DNA from: Gammaproteobacteria bacterium
GTDB lineage: Bacteria > Pseudomonadota > Gammaproteobacteria > GCA-001735895
Length of the DNA stretch: 35,413 bases
Assembly: GCA_024222685.1 (NCBI GenBank)
Contig: JAAEOZ010000062.1
Coordinates: 1 to 35,413 of the forward strand
Reading direction: 5' to 3'
Shown here: positions 17,678-27,511 of the stretch, piece after piece
Layout of the letters: every line of letters begins with the position of its first letter
Numbering within the stretch: the first letter of the stretch is position 1
The notes under the pieces: generated by a model
Seen by the model: the letters and a program-made list of their open reading frames with translations, nothing else
Database searches by the model: none
What the model was told of the DNA's origin: nothing
Position numbers and translations under genes: made by a program

Positions 17678-18196
17678 CTAACTTATCCTGCTTTGTGAGG
17701 CCATGGCGATTCCATTGTTCTCGGGTTTATACTTCACCCAGACATCGCCGGTGGTAACGTCCATGACAATGCGCCTGTGGCCCTGTTCGCCGACCTGGAC
17801 AGCTTCAATCTGTACATTCCGATTCTTGAGTAACTGCCTGGCCCTTGCAGAGTTCCTTTCTCCTACCCGCGTGCCGCCCGGGTTGGCCCTGTCCCCAAAC
17901 ATGTTGGCGCCGCCGAATATCTTGGCGTGATACTGACTGTATTCGGTTTGATGTAGTCGTATTGCAAGATCGAAAAGTTGCATTGCTTCATCACCGTATC
18001 TGCCGTCGAGGTCTGCTGCCTGTTGATTCGAAGATCTTTGAGGTAAGACAAAATGACACATGCCGCCGATATGCAATAAGGGGTGCCACAGGCAGATAGC
18101 TATGCACGAACCAAGGACGGTATGGACGTGTGTACCGGGCTCGGCGAATACAAATTCACCGGGGTGAAGAAAAATTTTTCTAATTCCGTGTTCCAT
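17678..18196 (-). CDS. cheD: Chemoreceptor glutamine deamidase CheD
   Basis: TVLGSCIAICLW, GGMCHFVLP, RYGD, AKIFGGANMF and VGERN. Confidence 0.92.
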   Translation of the reverse strand: MEHGIRKIFLHPGEFVFAEPGTHVHTVLGSCIAICLWHPLLHIGGMCHFVLPQRSSNQQAADLDGRYGDEAMQLFDLAIRLHQTEYSQYHAKIFGGANMFGDRANPGGTRVGERNSARARQLLKNRNVQIEAVQVGEQGHRRIVMDVTTGDVWVKYKPENNGIAMASQSRIS

Positions 18197-18211
18197 ACCG
18201 TCTCATCATGC

Positions 18212-19048
18212 TTATTTCTTTTGATATGTTGTTGGCGCAATTAAACTTAGTGCTATATCCATGCCCTTGAGTGATTCTGAATGTCCAATGTATAGAATAC
18301 CGCCTGGGCGTAATTTTGATTCGAGGCTTTGAATAATCTTTTCCTTAGTGGGATTATCAAAATATATAAGGACATTACGAAGAAAAATTACATCGAATAA
18401 CCCAATTTCAGGCAGTGGTCTGGTGAGGTTGATTTCGGAAAATTTTGTCCTGTCGCGCAGTGAATTATTGACCAGTAAGAAGCCTTCGTACTGGCCTTTT
18501 CCCTTACGACAGTAGCGTTTTAAAAACGGCTTTGGAATCGCATCGATTCGATGTGCCTGATAAAGACCGCTGCTGGCTTTTTTGATAATTCGACTACTGA
18601 TATCCGAACCGAATATTTCCCACTTTACGCGATTACCAAAGTAATCATCGAGCACCATCGCAATACTATAGGCTTCTTCTCCGCTAGAACTGGCCGCGCT
18701 CCAGACTCGAAACAGGCGTTCTTTGGGGTGTTGCTGCAATACATTTGTTTTTAAGCTATCAAAATGAGCTGCTTCTCGAAAAAAGTAAGTTTCGTTTGTC
18801 GTCAGCAAGTCGATAGCCATTTGCTGCTCCTGACTATTTCTCGAATCCTGGATGAGATCGGCGTAATCGTCAAAACTGGTTAAATTATTGTTTTTTAAGC
18901 GTTTGGTTAAACGCGAACTGACTAGCTGCTGCTTGCTGTCCCCCAGATTAATACCAGCTTCTTTGTAGATGAATTCTCGAATAGCCTGGTAGGCTTTGTC
19001 GGAAACTGTAGTCTGCTGGAATTTGTGAACGACTGGTTGATTGTTCAA
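18212..19048 (-). CDS. cheR: Chemotaxis methyltransferase CheR
   Basis: TTNETYFFRE, RVWSAASSSGEEAYSIAM, FDVIFLRNVLIYF and IGHSESL. Confidence 0.95.
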   Translation of the reverse strand: MNNQPVVHKFQQTTVSDKAYQAIREFIYKEAGINLGDSKQQLVSSRLTKRLKNNNLTSFDDYADLIQDSRNSQEQQMAIDLLTTNETYFFREAAHFDSLKTNVLQQHPKERLFRVWSAASSSGEEAYSIAMVLDDYFGNRVKWEIFGSDISSRIIKKASSGLYQAHRIDAIPKPFLKRYCRKGKGQYEGFLLVNNSLRDRTKFSEINLTRPLPEIGLFDVIFLRNVLIYFDNPTKEKIIQSLESKLRPGGILYIGHSESLKGMDIALSLIAPTTYQKK

Positions 19049-19051
19049 TGG

Positions 19052-19669
19052 CTAATGCAATCTGCGGTTTGCTTCTGCTGCGTTTTGAATGATCTTCTGA
19101 CTCGATTCATTGGCACTGGTTGCCAGGAGTCTGACCTGGTCGGCAATAACTGCAAATCCTCTACCCTGTTCACCTGAGCGAGCTGCTTCTATAGCCGCAT
19201 TCAGAGCCAGCAATTCTGTCTGGCTTGCTATGCTGCTAATATCCCTGGCTACTTCGGTAAGCGATTCAGTGTGGTCAGGGGCTTCATTTTTGGACCCGGC
19301 TAATTTCTCGAAAGAATCAATTGATGCATTCCGCCTGGTATCGCTGAATAGAGATATAATCGTTGACAACCGCTGCATGATTCCTGAAATATTTTCCGCC
19401 AGTTGAGCAGCTTCGTGATTTTTGTCATTGCATACCTGATCGAGCTGTTTTTTCCAGACGCCGGCTGTTTTCTGGTGGTTCTGGTGCAGATTATCGAGCC
19501 GGCGGATCTGGTATTGACGATCGAGCTCAAGCTTGTTTAGCCGAATCTCGGTTTCTGAAGTATTCTTGTTGATAATTCTTTTGCGGCTCAGATATCCGCC
19601 GATTATACTTAATGCCAAAACACTGGCCACTGCGATTCCCACCGGGAGATAAATTGCTTCTCCAAACAT
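19052..19669 (-). CDS. Short/truncated methyl-accepting chemotaxis protein
   Basis: One N-terminal TM and the hairpin tip [37 protein letters not shown], which ends about 20 aa later. Confidence 0.75.
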   Translation of the reverse strand: MFGEAIYLPVGIAVASVLALSIIGGYLSRKRIINKNTSETEIRLNKLELDRQYQIRRLDNLHQNHQKTAGVWKKQLDQVCNDKNHEAAQLAENISGIMQRLSTIISLFSDTRRNASIDSFEKLAGSKNEAPDHTESLTEVARDISSIASQTELLALNAAIEAARSGEQGRGFAVIADQVRLLATSANESSQKIIQNAAEANRRLH

Positions 19670-19801
19670 ACTGAAAGATACCTGTTAGTTAGGGGTTAAT
19701 ATCTATAACAGTTATATATAGGACAACTTAAGCCATATTTCATAACTTTTAGGGGATAGCCAGGTAATAATATATATCTTTAGATATGAGTTGGCAGGAG
19801 A

Positions 19802-21169
19802 TCAGTCAGTGGATTTAAAATTACCTTTGTCTATACCGTATTTCTGCATTTTGTCGTAAAGCGTTTTTCTTGGGGTAGCCAGCATTGTCAGGGTTTCGGT
19901 TATCGAACCCTGGCATTTTTCAAGGGCCTGTTCTATAAGGCTTTTTTCAAACCATTCGACTCGATCGTGTAGGTTAACTGTATCCGAATTATCTCCTGAG
20001 TGAATCACTTCTCCGAGATTCTGTTCAGTAGTATCGCCGAGCAATACAAAACGTTCTGCCGCATTTTTCAGTTCGCGCACATTACCGGGCCATGGATAAA
20101 CAAGTAACTGTTGAAGTTGCTCAGGGTCGATTTCTGCGATATCGCACTCGTGTCGGGCAGCAGCAATCAGAGCATAGTGGTGGAACAATAATGGTATGTC
20201 TTCGACCCGGTTCCGCAGTGTCGGCAATGTTAGCGTAATGACATTAAGCCGATAGTAGAGATCTTCGCGGAATAGTCCCTGATCGGACGCCTGTTTAAGG
20301 TCGATTTTGGTCGCAGCGATAACGCGAATATCAATATCGATCTGTTTATTGGAGCCGAGGGGTTCGACTACTCTATCGTGCAGCACGCGTAGCAGTTTTA
20401 CCTGGAGGTCCAGCGGCATGCTTTCGATTTCATCGAGAAATACGGTCCCTCCATTGGCGTACTCGAATTTACCGATGCGCGTTTTCGAGGCGCCGGTAAA
20501 CGCACCTGCAGCGTGGCCGAACAGCTCACTCTCGATAATGTTTTCTGGTAACGCACCGCAGTTGATAGCCACAAACGGTGCTTTGCTACGCTTGCTCACT
20601 TCATGTAAGTTTCTTGCAACCAGGTCTTTACCCGTTCCGGTTTCACCCCACAGCAGGATATCGGTATCTGTATTTGCCAGGCGGCTGATTTGTGTACGAA
20701 GTTGCTGGATTGCCGGTGCCTTGCCTATGAGTCGCTGGCCTGGAATATTCTGTAATTCAAGTTCGGTTTTAAGGTGACGATTTTCCAGTATCAGCATACG
20801 CTTGTCGTATGCACGCCGGATTACTTCGATGAGATTTTCAGCTGAAAACGGCTTTTCAAGAAAATCATAGGCGCCGTCCCGCATTGCCTGTACCGCTGTT
20901 GCTATGTCCCCCTGCCCGGTGATTAATATTACCGGAATGCCGGTGTCGATATCCTTGACGCGTTGTAGTAATTCGAGCCCGGATAATCCTGGCATTTTAA
21001 TATCACTGACAATGACTTTGGCGCAGTCGTTGTCAATTTCTTTTAGTGCAGAGTCTGCTCTGGAATAACTGGTGACTTCGAAATCGGCCATTTCAAGGCT
21101 TTGAGTGGTTGATTTTCGGATAAATTTGTCGTCATCGATAAAAATGATCTGCGGCAGGTTTTCATTCAT
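19802..21169 (-). CDS. dctD: Sigma54-dependent response regulator DctD
   Basis: Start MNENLPQ at 21169. Receiver domain (IDDD, SDIKMP), GETGTGK, GAFTGA, WPGNVREL and a Fis-type HTH. Confidence 0.93.
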   Translation of the reverse strand: MNENLPQIIFIDDDKFIRKSTTQSLEMADFEVTSYSRADSALKEIDNDCAKVIVSDIKMPGLSGLELLQRVKDIDTGIPVILITGQGDIATAVQAMRDGAYDFLEKPFSAENLIEVIRRAYDKRMLILENRHLKTELELQNIPGQRLIGKAPAIQQLRTQISRLANTDTDILLWGETGTGKDLVARNLHEVSKRSKAPFVAINCGALPENIIESELFGHAAGAFTGASKTRIGKFEYANGGTVFLDEIESMPLDLQVKLLRVLHDRVVEPLGSNKQIDIDIRVIAATKIDLKQASDQGLFREDLYYRLNVITLTLPTLRNRVEDIPLLFHHYALIAAARHECDIAEIDPEQLQQLLVYPWPGNVRELKNAAERFVLLGDTTEQNLGEVIHSGDNSDTVNLHDRVEWFEKSLIEQALEKCQGSITETLTMLATPRKTLYDKMQKYGIDKGNFKSTD

Positions 21170-22952
21170 ATGGCAAATATAACTCAAAGCAGGCCCCACC
21201 CGAAGTAATGTTGGCAACCCCAATCCTGCCACCGAGGCTTTGCATAATGCGGTAACATATTGATAATCCCAGGCCGAGTCCGAGTCCGACTTCCTTTGTA
21301 GTGAAAAAAGGATCAAATATATTTTCTATAACCTTGTCTGAAATTCCCGTACCCGTATCGCTGAGGCGAATGCAAATATCACTGTCCGACTGTTTCATGT
21401 TGACATCGATGCGACGAGTATCGCATTGCTGCATTGCCTGAATTGAATTGCTTAATAAATTGACCAGCACCTGGTTAAGTAGCAACGGGTCTGTAGTAAC
21501 AGTTATTTCAGGGTCGATATCGAGATTTATCTGTATTTTGCTTTTATCAACCTCTGCCCGAAACAGGCTTATGGCCTGCTCTGCCGATTGTTTGATCGAA
21601 ACCAGACTTTGTTCCCCGGTTGATTTACGTGAAAAACCACGAAGCTGAGAAATGATGCCAGCCATGTATTTAGTCAGCGTTTCGATTTCTATCAGGTTGC
21701 TACAGGCAGCTTCAATTTGCTGACGCTCGAGCATGTGCTGGGTATTCTGTGAGTAGTTGCGTATTGCGGTTAAGGGCTGGTTGAGTTCGTGACTAATACC
21801 TGCCGACATTTGTCCCAATCCTGCCAGTTTGGCAGCCTGAATCAGTTCACTTTGAGTATCACGTAGTGTTTGTTCGGCCTTTTTACGCTCTTCAATTTCA
21901 TTACGCAGTTCTTCTGTGCGCTTGTGTACGCGTTTCTCCAGCAGTAATGTGGATTGTTGTAGCGCAAGTCGACGTTGACGATTAACCAGATAGAGAGAAA
22001 TCAGCAGCAATACGCTCAGAGCAGCAAAGCCTGCTAGCGTTAGCCGCAAAATCAGGGTTTCATGTATCGATGTGGTATCACTGAGCAAATGTACCGTCCA
22101 GCCGGCCTGTTTCATTTCTCTGGAAACCTGTAGATATTCACTTTCAGTATTGCCTGTCTTATCGATTAAGCCAAGTAGACGTAGATTGTTGCCAAGCGCA
22201 GTGATATTTCTTACTCGCAGGTGTTCAATTTTATGATCGCTATATCGACGTGATTTAACGATTTCAAGCGTTCGTTGCGGGGAAATTTCTGCTAGCGATT
22301 TATAAGTCCACTCAGGCTTTGTTGATAAAAAGATAATACCGTCTTCGTCTGTTACCAGAAAATGATAACCACGATCTGTCCAGGCAGCTTCGATTTCGGC
22401 GAGATTGATTTTTACAACAACAACTCCTGCAACTTCATTGTGCAGATTTACCGGATGAGAGAAATAGTAACCGCGTTGTAATGAGGTAGTACCCAGTGCA
22501 AAATAACGGGCTGGCTGGCCTTTTATAGCCATAGTAAAATACGGCCGAAAACTGAAATTCTTACCGACAAATGAATGCGCTTTCTGCCAGTTGCTTGCCG
22601 CCAGGGTCGATCCGTCAGCATCCATCAGGTAGGCATCGGAAGCACCTGTAGCGGTTACCACCGATTGCAGAAACTGATTGGCTACATTTACTCTCACTGG
22701 ATCTCTGTAGCTCAGTGTGTTCAACAGTTTCGAATTCAGAGAAATGAGTCGGGGTAAATATTCATGCCTGGCAAGTGATCCATTTAAATTCGAAACAAAC
22801 AGTGTCAGGCGATTTTTCGATTCGTCACCGAGTTCAAGCAAGGCCTGGTGGTTAATGGCATAGAATCCAAGAACTAGCCCCCCGATTAAAATTGCTGTAA
22901 CAATCGGTAGCAGGATGAGCTGAGTGATTCGAGAGGTGGGTTGCTCGGACAT
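21162..22952 (-). CDS. dctB: C4-dicarboxylate sensor histidine kinase DctB
   Basis: Periplasmic ASNW...[13 protein letters not shown]...[13 protein letters not shown]-box SHELNQPL, N-box and [15 protein letters not shown]. Confidence 0.92.
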   Translation of the reverse strand: MSEQPTSRITQLILLPIVTAILIGGLVLGFYAINHQALLELGDESKNRLTLFVSNLNGSLARHEYLPRLISLNSKLLNTLSYRDPVRVNVANQFLQSVVTATGASDAYLMDADGSTLAASNWQKAHSFVGKNFSFRPYFTMAIKGQPARYFALGTTSLQRGYYFSHPVNLHNEVAGVVVVKINLAEIEAAWTDRGYHFLVTDEDGIIFLSTKPEWTYKSLAEISPQRTLEIVKSRRYSDHKIEHLRVRNITALGNNLRLLGLIDKTGNTESEYLQVSREMKQAGWTVHLLSDTTSIHETLILRLTLAGFAALSVLLLISLYLVNRQRRLALQQSTLLLEKRVHKRTEELRNEIEERKKAEQTLRDTQSELIQAAKLAGLGQMSAGISHELNQPLTAIRNYSQNTQHMLERQQIEAACSNLIEIETLTKYMAGIISQLRGFSRKSTGEQSLVSIKQSAEQAISLFRAEVDKSKIQINLDIDPEITVTTDPLLLNQVLVNLLSNSIQAMQQCDTRRIDVNMKQSDSDICIRLSDTGTGISDKVIENIFDPFFTTKEVGLGLGLGLSICYRIMQSLGGRIGVANITSGGACFELYLPYE

Positions 22953-23045
22953 CGATTTTTTATTCGCTGCAGAAGCCTGCATTCTAAGCCGGGGAAGCAA
23001 TGTCAACAAGTGAATGGCTTATCGTTGCTGATGTGTTGTGTTTAA

Positions 23046-23801
23046 ATGAAGTTTATGGCTAATTCGACCCTCGTCATTCAATCGCATAGAGAACCCTTAC
23101 CCGATCGATGGTTGCAGGTTTGTCTGGATTCGGTGAAGAAATGGGCCAATCAGAATTACTTTGACTACCAATTTGCAAATGACGACGAGATCTTCTCTGC
23201 TATTGCGCCGGAATTACTCGAAAAAACCACAACGCAAAAAGTTATTGCAACTGATCTCGGGAGATTACGACTGCTGCAGGAAGGGCTTAGGGCCGGATAC
23301 CACACCGTCATCTGGTGTGATGCAGATTTCCTCATATTTAACCCCGCAAGATTTAGTTTGCCTGATGCTGGTTATGCTCTGGGGCGCGAAGTCTGGATCC
23401 AGTTTGAGCGCTCAGGCACACTGAAGGCCTATAGCAAAGTACATAATGCTTTTTTGATGTTTCGTCAGGGTAATCATTTCCTTGATTTTTATGCTGATAG
23501 CGCCGAGCGATTACTGTGCCTCAATCAGGGCAGCATGCCTGCACAGTTTATCGGCCCCAAGCTGCTTACTGCATTACATAATATTGTGCAATGTCCGGTG
23601 ATGGAAAGCGCGGGTATGTTAAGTCCTCTGGTGATACGAGATCTGCTGGACGGCGGTGGCAAGGCGCTGAATTTATTCCACTTGAAATCACCGGCTGTGA
23701 TTTATGCTGCTAATTTGAGTGGATCCCTGGTTGCCGGAGAAGGTTTAGGCGAGACTGATATGATTCGGTTAAGCAGGGTTTTGATTGAATCAGGTTGTTA
23801 A
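23046..23801 (+). CDS. Hypothetical protein, possibly glycosyltransferase-like
   Basis: 251-aa ORF with TDLGRL, a DxD motif (IWCDADFLI) and FIGPKLLT, reminiscent of DxD sugar-transfer proteins. Confidence 0.55.
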   Translation: MKFMANSTLVIQSHREPLPDRWLQVCLDSVKKWANQNYFDYQFANDDEIFSAIAPELLEKTTTQKVIATDLGRLRLLQEGLRAGYHTVIWCDADFLIFNPARFSLPDAGYALGREVWIQFERSGTLKAYSKVHNAFLMFRQGNHFLDFYADSAERLLCLNQGSMPAQFIGPKLLTALHNIVQCPVMESAGMLSPLVIRDLLDGGGKALNLFHLKSPAVIYAANLSGSLVAGEGLGETDMIRLSRVLIESGC

Positions 23802-24058
23802 AGCTAGAAAACGCAGTAGAGTCACGATGGTCTACACAACCGATTGATTCATCTAGCTATATGAAAAAAGTGCTTATCACCAATAAACCCCTGATGCTTG
23901 TGTAACCTTCCAGCTCAGAAAACTTCGGTATTTCTTTCGGATCAGATTCCCGCAATTTAATCATCAGCACAGTCTTAATGCTGCAGCCGACTCAATTGGT
24001 TATGCGTTGCTTGAACAAACCCATTGAATGATATACAGGCAAAGCCCGGTTTGATGTA

Positions 24059-24093
24059 TTGCTATGTTCAAGGTTTTGAAAAACCCGTAAACT
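24059..24093 (+). repeat. Copy 2 of a 35-bp promoter-like direct repeat
   Basis: TTGCTATGTTCAAGGTTTTGAAAAACCCGTAAACT; the first 16 nt are identical to 17086-17101. Confidence 0.7.
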
Positions 24094-24102
24094 CAGGCTC
24101 CA

Positions 24103-24411
24103 ATGAAAGACTGGTTTTCAAAAAATCTAGGTGACGGTATGCTAGCCAGCGAGCCGTTACAGCAGCTTGAGAAGCTTCTCAAGCTAACATTTGCCAATGC
24201 TGACAACCCAGGTGAAATGGCGGCATTTGTGCGACATGAATCGGAAGGGCGCCTACATTGCGAGGTTAAAGTCTATTTCTCCCCGGCATCGGTTGCGGTA
24301 GCAAGGGAAATTAATGCCGAGCAGTGCGGCAGGCCGATCCCTGATGGTCTAAGTTTGTTGGCAGGTTCAGAGCAGTCCTGGGCTATACTTTTTCCAGAGC
24401 TAGATCATTAA
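24103..24411 (+). CDS. Hypothetical protein (102 aa)
   Basis: Stand-alone ORF downstream of a promoter-like repeat; no recognisable family. Confidence 0.65.
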   Translation: MKDWFSKNLGDGMLASEPLQQLEKLLKLTFANADNPGEMAAFVRHESEGRLHCEVKVYFSPASVAVAREINAEQCGRPIPDGLSLLAGSEQSWAILFPELDH

Positions 24412-24450
24412 CACCTGTTTTGCCTGACAGGATGCGAGGAGACTGATAAT

Positions 24451-24777
24451 TTGAATATTCGCGCTAAGAGAGATATCGAGGGGTATTTAGTCAATCCTGA
24501 CGAATGGAATGAGGACATTGCAAATAAGCTCGCCAGCGAAGAAGATATTGAACTTGATAATGGGTATTGGTCAATACTGAATTTTATTCGGGATTATTAT
24601 AACCAGCAAAATATCGCCCCGGATGTTCGTCATCTGATTAATTACCTGGCGAGTGAAAACAAGTGCGGGAAGAGAGAAGCCAAGCAGCTCATTTTTAAAT
24701 TGTTTCCATATGGATATGTGAAACAGGCCTGTAAAATTGCCGGCATGAAAAGACCGCGTGCGTGGAGCACGGGTTAA
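24451..24777 (+). CDS. TusE/DsrC/DsvC-family protein lacking the C-terminal cysteine
   Basis: D.EGYL.NP.EW.E..A, LFPYG...QACKIAG; ends RPRAWSTG. RBS GAGGAG precedes a TTG start. Confidence 0.85.
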   Translation: MNIRAKRDIEGYLVNPDEWNEDIANKLASEEDIELDNGYWSILNFIRDYYNQQNIAPDVRHLINYLASENKCGKREAKQLIFKLFPYGYVKQACKIAGMKRPRAWSTG

Positions 24778-24815
24778 GACAGGTTCAGAAATATCGGGTC
24801 GGGTCCAACCAGATT

Positions 24816-25739
24816 ATGGCTAGCTTACATATTAAAACCCCACTTTTCGAATCACGCCCTTTATCTCTTCAGTCCGGCAAACGGGTGTGGTTGAAATTCG
24901 AATCTATGCAACCGTCTGGTTCATTCAAAATTCGTGGTATTGGTCTGGCCTGCGAAGAATACTCTCGTCGGGGAGCCAGGCGTTTTATTTCTTCGTCTGG
25001 TGGAAATGCCGGTATAGCAGCAGCTTATGCTGGCCGACATCTTGGCGTGCCAGTAGTTGTCGTGGTTCCTGAGACAACATCAGACAGGGCTAAGGAACTG
25101 ATTGAAAATGAAGGTGCCGAAGTCGTAGTTAACGGTGCTTCATGGCAGGAAGCAAATAAACTGGCGCTTTCAATGCTAGAGGAAACAGACTTCTTCGTAC
25201 ACCCTTTTGACGACCCACTTATCTGGCGAGGTCATGCCAGCATGGTAGATGAGATCGTAGAATCAGGTGTTAGGCCTGATGTGATAGTGCTTTCTGTTGG
25301 AGGCGGCGGATTACTATGCGGTGTAATAGAAGGCCTGCGTCGCAATGACTGGGCAGATGTCCCGGTTATTGCTGTCGAAACGGAAGGTGCCGCCTGTTTC
25401 GCTCAGTCCGTCTACCAGGGATACCGAGTCGAGCTATCAGCAATAACCAGCCTGGCGACTTCGCTGGGGGCCAGGCAGGTTTGTGAGCAGGCATTTAAAT
25501 GGTCAAAGAAATATCCGATAACAAACCTTCTGGTGTCAGATAAATCAGCGATATCTGCCTGCGAAAGCTTTGCCTCGGATCATCGGGTGATTGTTGAGCC
25601 TGCCTGTGGCGCGGCACTTTCGGCTGTGTATGAAAGTGTTGCTGAACTTCGATCTTTCGATTCAATTCTAGTGATTGTGTGCGGTGGCGCGACCACAACT
25701 ATCGATCAAATGCAAAGCTGGTCCCGGGAATTTGTTTAA
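24816..25739 (+). CDS. PLP-dependent serine/threonine dehydratase-like enzyme (fold type II)
   Basis: KFESMQPSGSFKIRG, SSSGGNAG, VHPFDDP, SVGGGGL, VEPACGA and IVCGG. Confidence 0.85.
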   Translation: MASLHIKTPLFESRPLSLQSGKRVWLKFESMQPSGSFKIRGIGLACEEYSRRGARRFISSSGGNAGIAAAYAGRHLGVPVVVVVPETTSDRAKELIENEGAEVVVNGASWQEANKLALSMLEETDFFVHPFDDPLIWRGHASMVDEIVESGVRPDVIVLSVGGGGLLCGVIEGLRRNDWADVPVIAVETEGAACFAQSVYQGYRVELSAITSLATSLGARQVCEQAFKWSKKYPITNLLVSDKSAISACESFASDHRVIVEPACGAALSAVYESVAELRSFDSILVIVCGGATTTIDQMQSWSREFV

Positions 25740-25790
25740 CACGTATGAGTCGCTATCATGCTTTGTAAAATGAACGGAGCATAATTTACC

Positions 25791-27155
25791 TTAACCGATT
25801 TCCGGCAACGGCAGCTGCAATGCAAATTCCGTCTCAAGCATTTCCGCAGCACCCAGCAGAAACCCGTCTTCAAAATGACGCCCGATCAGTTGTGCAGCCA
25901 TCGGTAAACCTTTGCTGTGCATGCCGCAGGGAAAGCTAATCGCCGGGTGACCTGTCATATTAAAAAATGAAGTAAAGCGGGTAATTGCGTTTCCTGCGGG
26001 TTCCTTAAAGTCGCCAATGCTGATATCGATTACGCCCGTTTCGGGGGCAATGGTCGGGGTCGCCGGGGTCAGTAATAAATCAACATCGGCAAAAACGGCT
26101 TCGGTATCTCGCCGGTAAGTTTCGACGAAGCGTTTGGCGCGTACGTATTGTTCGGCGAGCAGGCATTGTCCGAGTGCAAGCCCTGCACGAAAGCCCTGGC
26201 TATACAGCTCGCCGCGAGACTCCAGATAGCGATTATGGTAGGACAGGGCTTCGGGCATTTGTATTGTCAATGAAACCGTGCGGGTGTATTGCATCGATGG
26301 CATTTTTACCGATTTGATTACTGCGCCGCTGTTTTTCAGGTTATCGATTAAGCGCTCCATAGCGATCAGAATTTCGCTGTCGACATTGTCATAGAAAAAA
26401 GAATCGGGGATACCGATGCGCAAGCCGCTAATGCCTTTGAAGGTTTTATTGCAGGTTAGGTTTTCCTGATCGAGAATACTGAACAAGCCGGCCGCGTCAT
26501 GGCAATTTCGAGTAATCGTTCCGACATGATCTAGAGTCCAGCTATAGGGTAGAACGCCTTCGGTACTGATGCGACCATAAGTCGGCTTAAATCCCACTAA
26601 ACCGCATAAAGCTGTCGGTGCACGTACCGAGCCGCCAGTATCGGTGCCGAGTGCGAAAGCACATAATCCGAAACCAACAGCCGCAACCGAACCGCTGCTT
26701 GAGCCGCCTGCCAGTCGACTGTGGTCGTATGGATTGGGTGCTGTGCCGTAAAGCAGGTTCTCACCGGTAGCGCCGTAGGCGAATTCGTGTAAATTATTTT
26801 TACCAAGAAAGACTGCTCCGGCGGTATTCATACGCGATATGCTGTCGGCATCTTGTTCGGCAATATTATCCGCTAAAACTCGAGAACCACCGGTGGTTGC
26901 AATGCCTTTTACATCGAACAGGTCCTTGCAGGAATAGGGAATACCGGAGAGGTGATTGCTATCTGTCGATTTATCGATTAAAGCTGCTTTAGCCATCGCA
27001 GCGTTTATATCCAGGCTGATAAATGCCTTACTTAGGTCGTTAAAGCGCTGGATACGATCGGCGAATAATTCGGTGAGCTGTAATGCGCTTATTTCCCCGG
27101 ACTGTAGATAACTCGATAATTCACTGATACTGGCATATGCGATTGATCCAGTCAT
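25791..27155 (-). CDS. Amidase-signature family enzyme (GatA/AtzE-like)
   Basis: CKDLFD, GKNNLHEFAYG, AGGSSSGS and GTDTGGSVR (Ser-cisSer-Lys triad). Confidence 0.92.
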   Translation of the reverse strand: MTGSIAYASISELSSYLQSGEISALQLTELFADRIQRFNDLSKAFISLDINAAMAKAALIDKSTDSNHLSGIPYSCKDLFDVKGIATTGGSRVLADNIAEQDADSISRMNTAGAVFLGKNNLHEFAYGATGENLLYGTAPNPYDHSRLAGGSSSGSVAAVGFGLCAFALGTDTGGSVRAPTALCGLVGFKPTYGRISTEGVLPYSWTLDHVGTITRNCHDAAGLFSILDQENLTCNKTFKGISGLRIGIPDSFFYDNVDSEILIAMERLIDNLKNSGAVIKSVKMPSMQYTRTVSLTIQMPEALSYHNRYLESRGELYSQGFRAGLALGQCLLAEQYVRAKRFVETYRRDTEAVFADVDLLLTPATPTIAPETGVIDISIGDFKEPAGNAITRFTSFFNMTGHPAISFPCGMHSKGLPMAAQLIGRHFEDGFLLGAAEMLETEFALQLPLPEIG

Positions 27156-27358
27156 TTCGGTGATTTGATATCAGCACAGGGCGGAATCTGACCAAGGTCG
27201 ACCCGCCGTAAAACTTCGAGCTGGTCGAGCAAGTCCTGAAATCCGGTAATAATGCCCAGTTTGGGGTCCACCAGTTCCCGGAGTTCGACGTCATCCCAGG
27301 CGTAACCGGCTAGCTGGTCGCGAATGCCCTTAAGTGTTTCAATCTGTAGTTTTTTCAC
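27152..27358 (-). CDS. Small protein translationally coupled to the amidase (possible GatC/AtzG-like subunit)
   Basis: 68 aa, GTG start, 4-nt overlap with the amidase start. C-terminal L..VDL...P pattern. Confidence 0.6.
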   Translation of the reverse strand: MKKLQIETLKGIRDQLAGYAWDDVELRELVDPKLGIITGFQDLLDQLEVLRRVDLGQIPPCADIKSPK

Positions 27359-27511
27359 TGCGATTCTCGAGTAGATTGTCTCTTGCCACAGCGCGAGTTT
27401 ACGCTAGTATGTCGAAATTCCAAGCGTGCTGGGTGGGTAAAAAGCCGAAAATACTCAGCCAGAATTGATGCACAGATTTTGCGTTTTGAAATTAATTGGA
27501 GAGGAAATAGT

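Noticed and set aside
23800-24010. Possible further attC or small ORF (MKKVLITNKPLMLV) in the intergenic gap
   Set aside because: No convincing paired R boxes or RBS.
24451-24777. dsrC as evidence of dissimilatory sulfur metabolism
   Set aside because: The terminal Cys is missing and no other dsr genes are in the window.
25791-27358. gatCA of the tRNA-dependent amidotransferase
   Set aside because: No gatB follows, and the context is catabolic.
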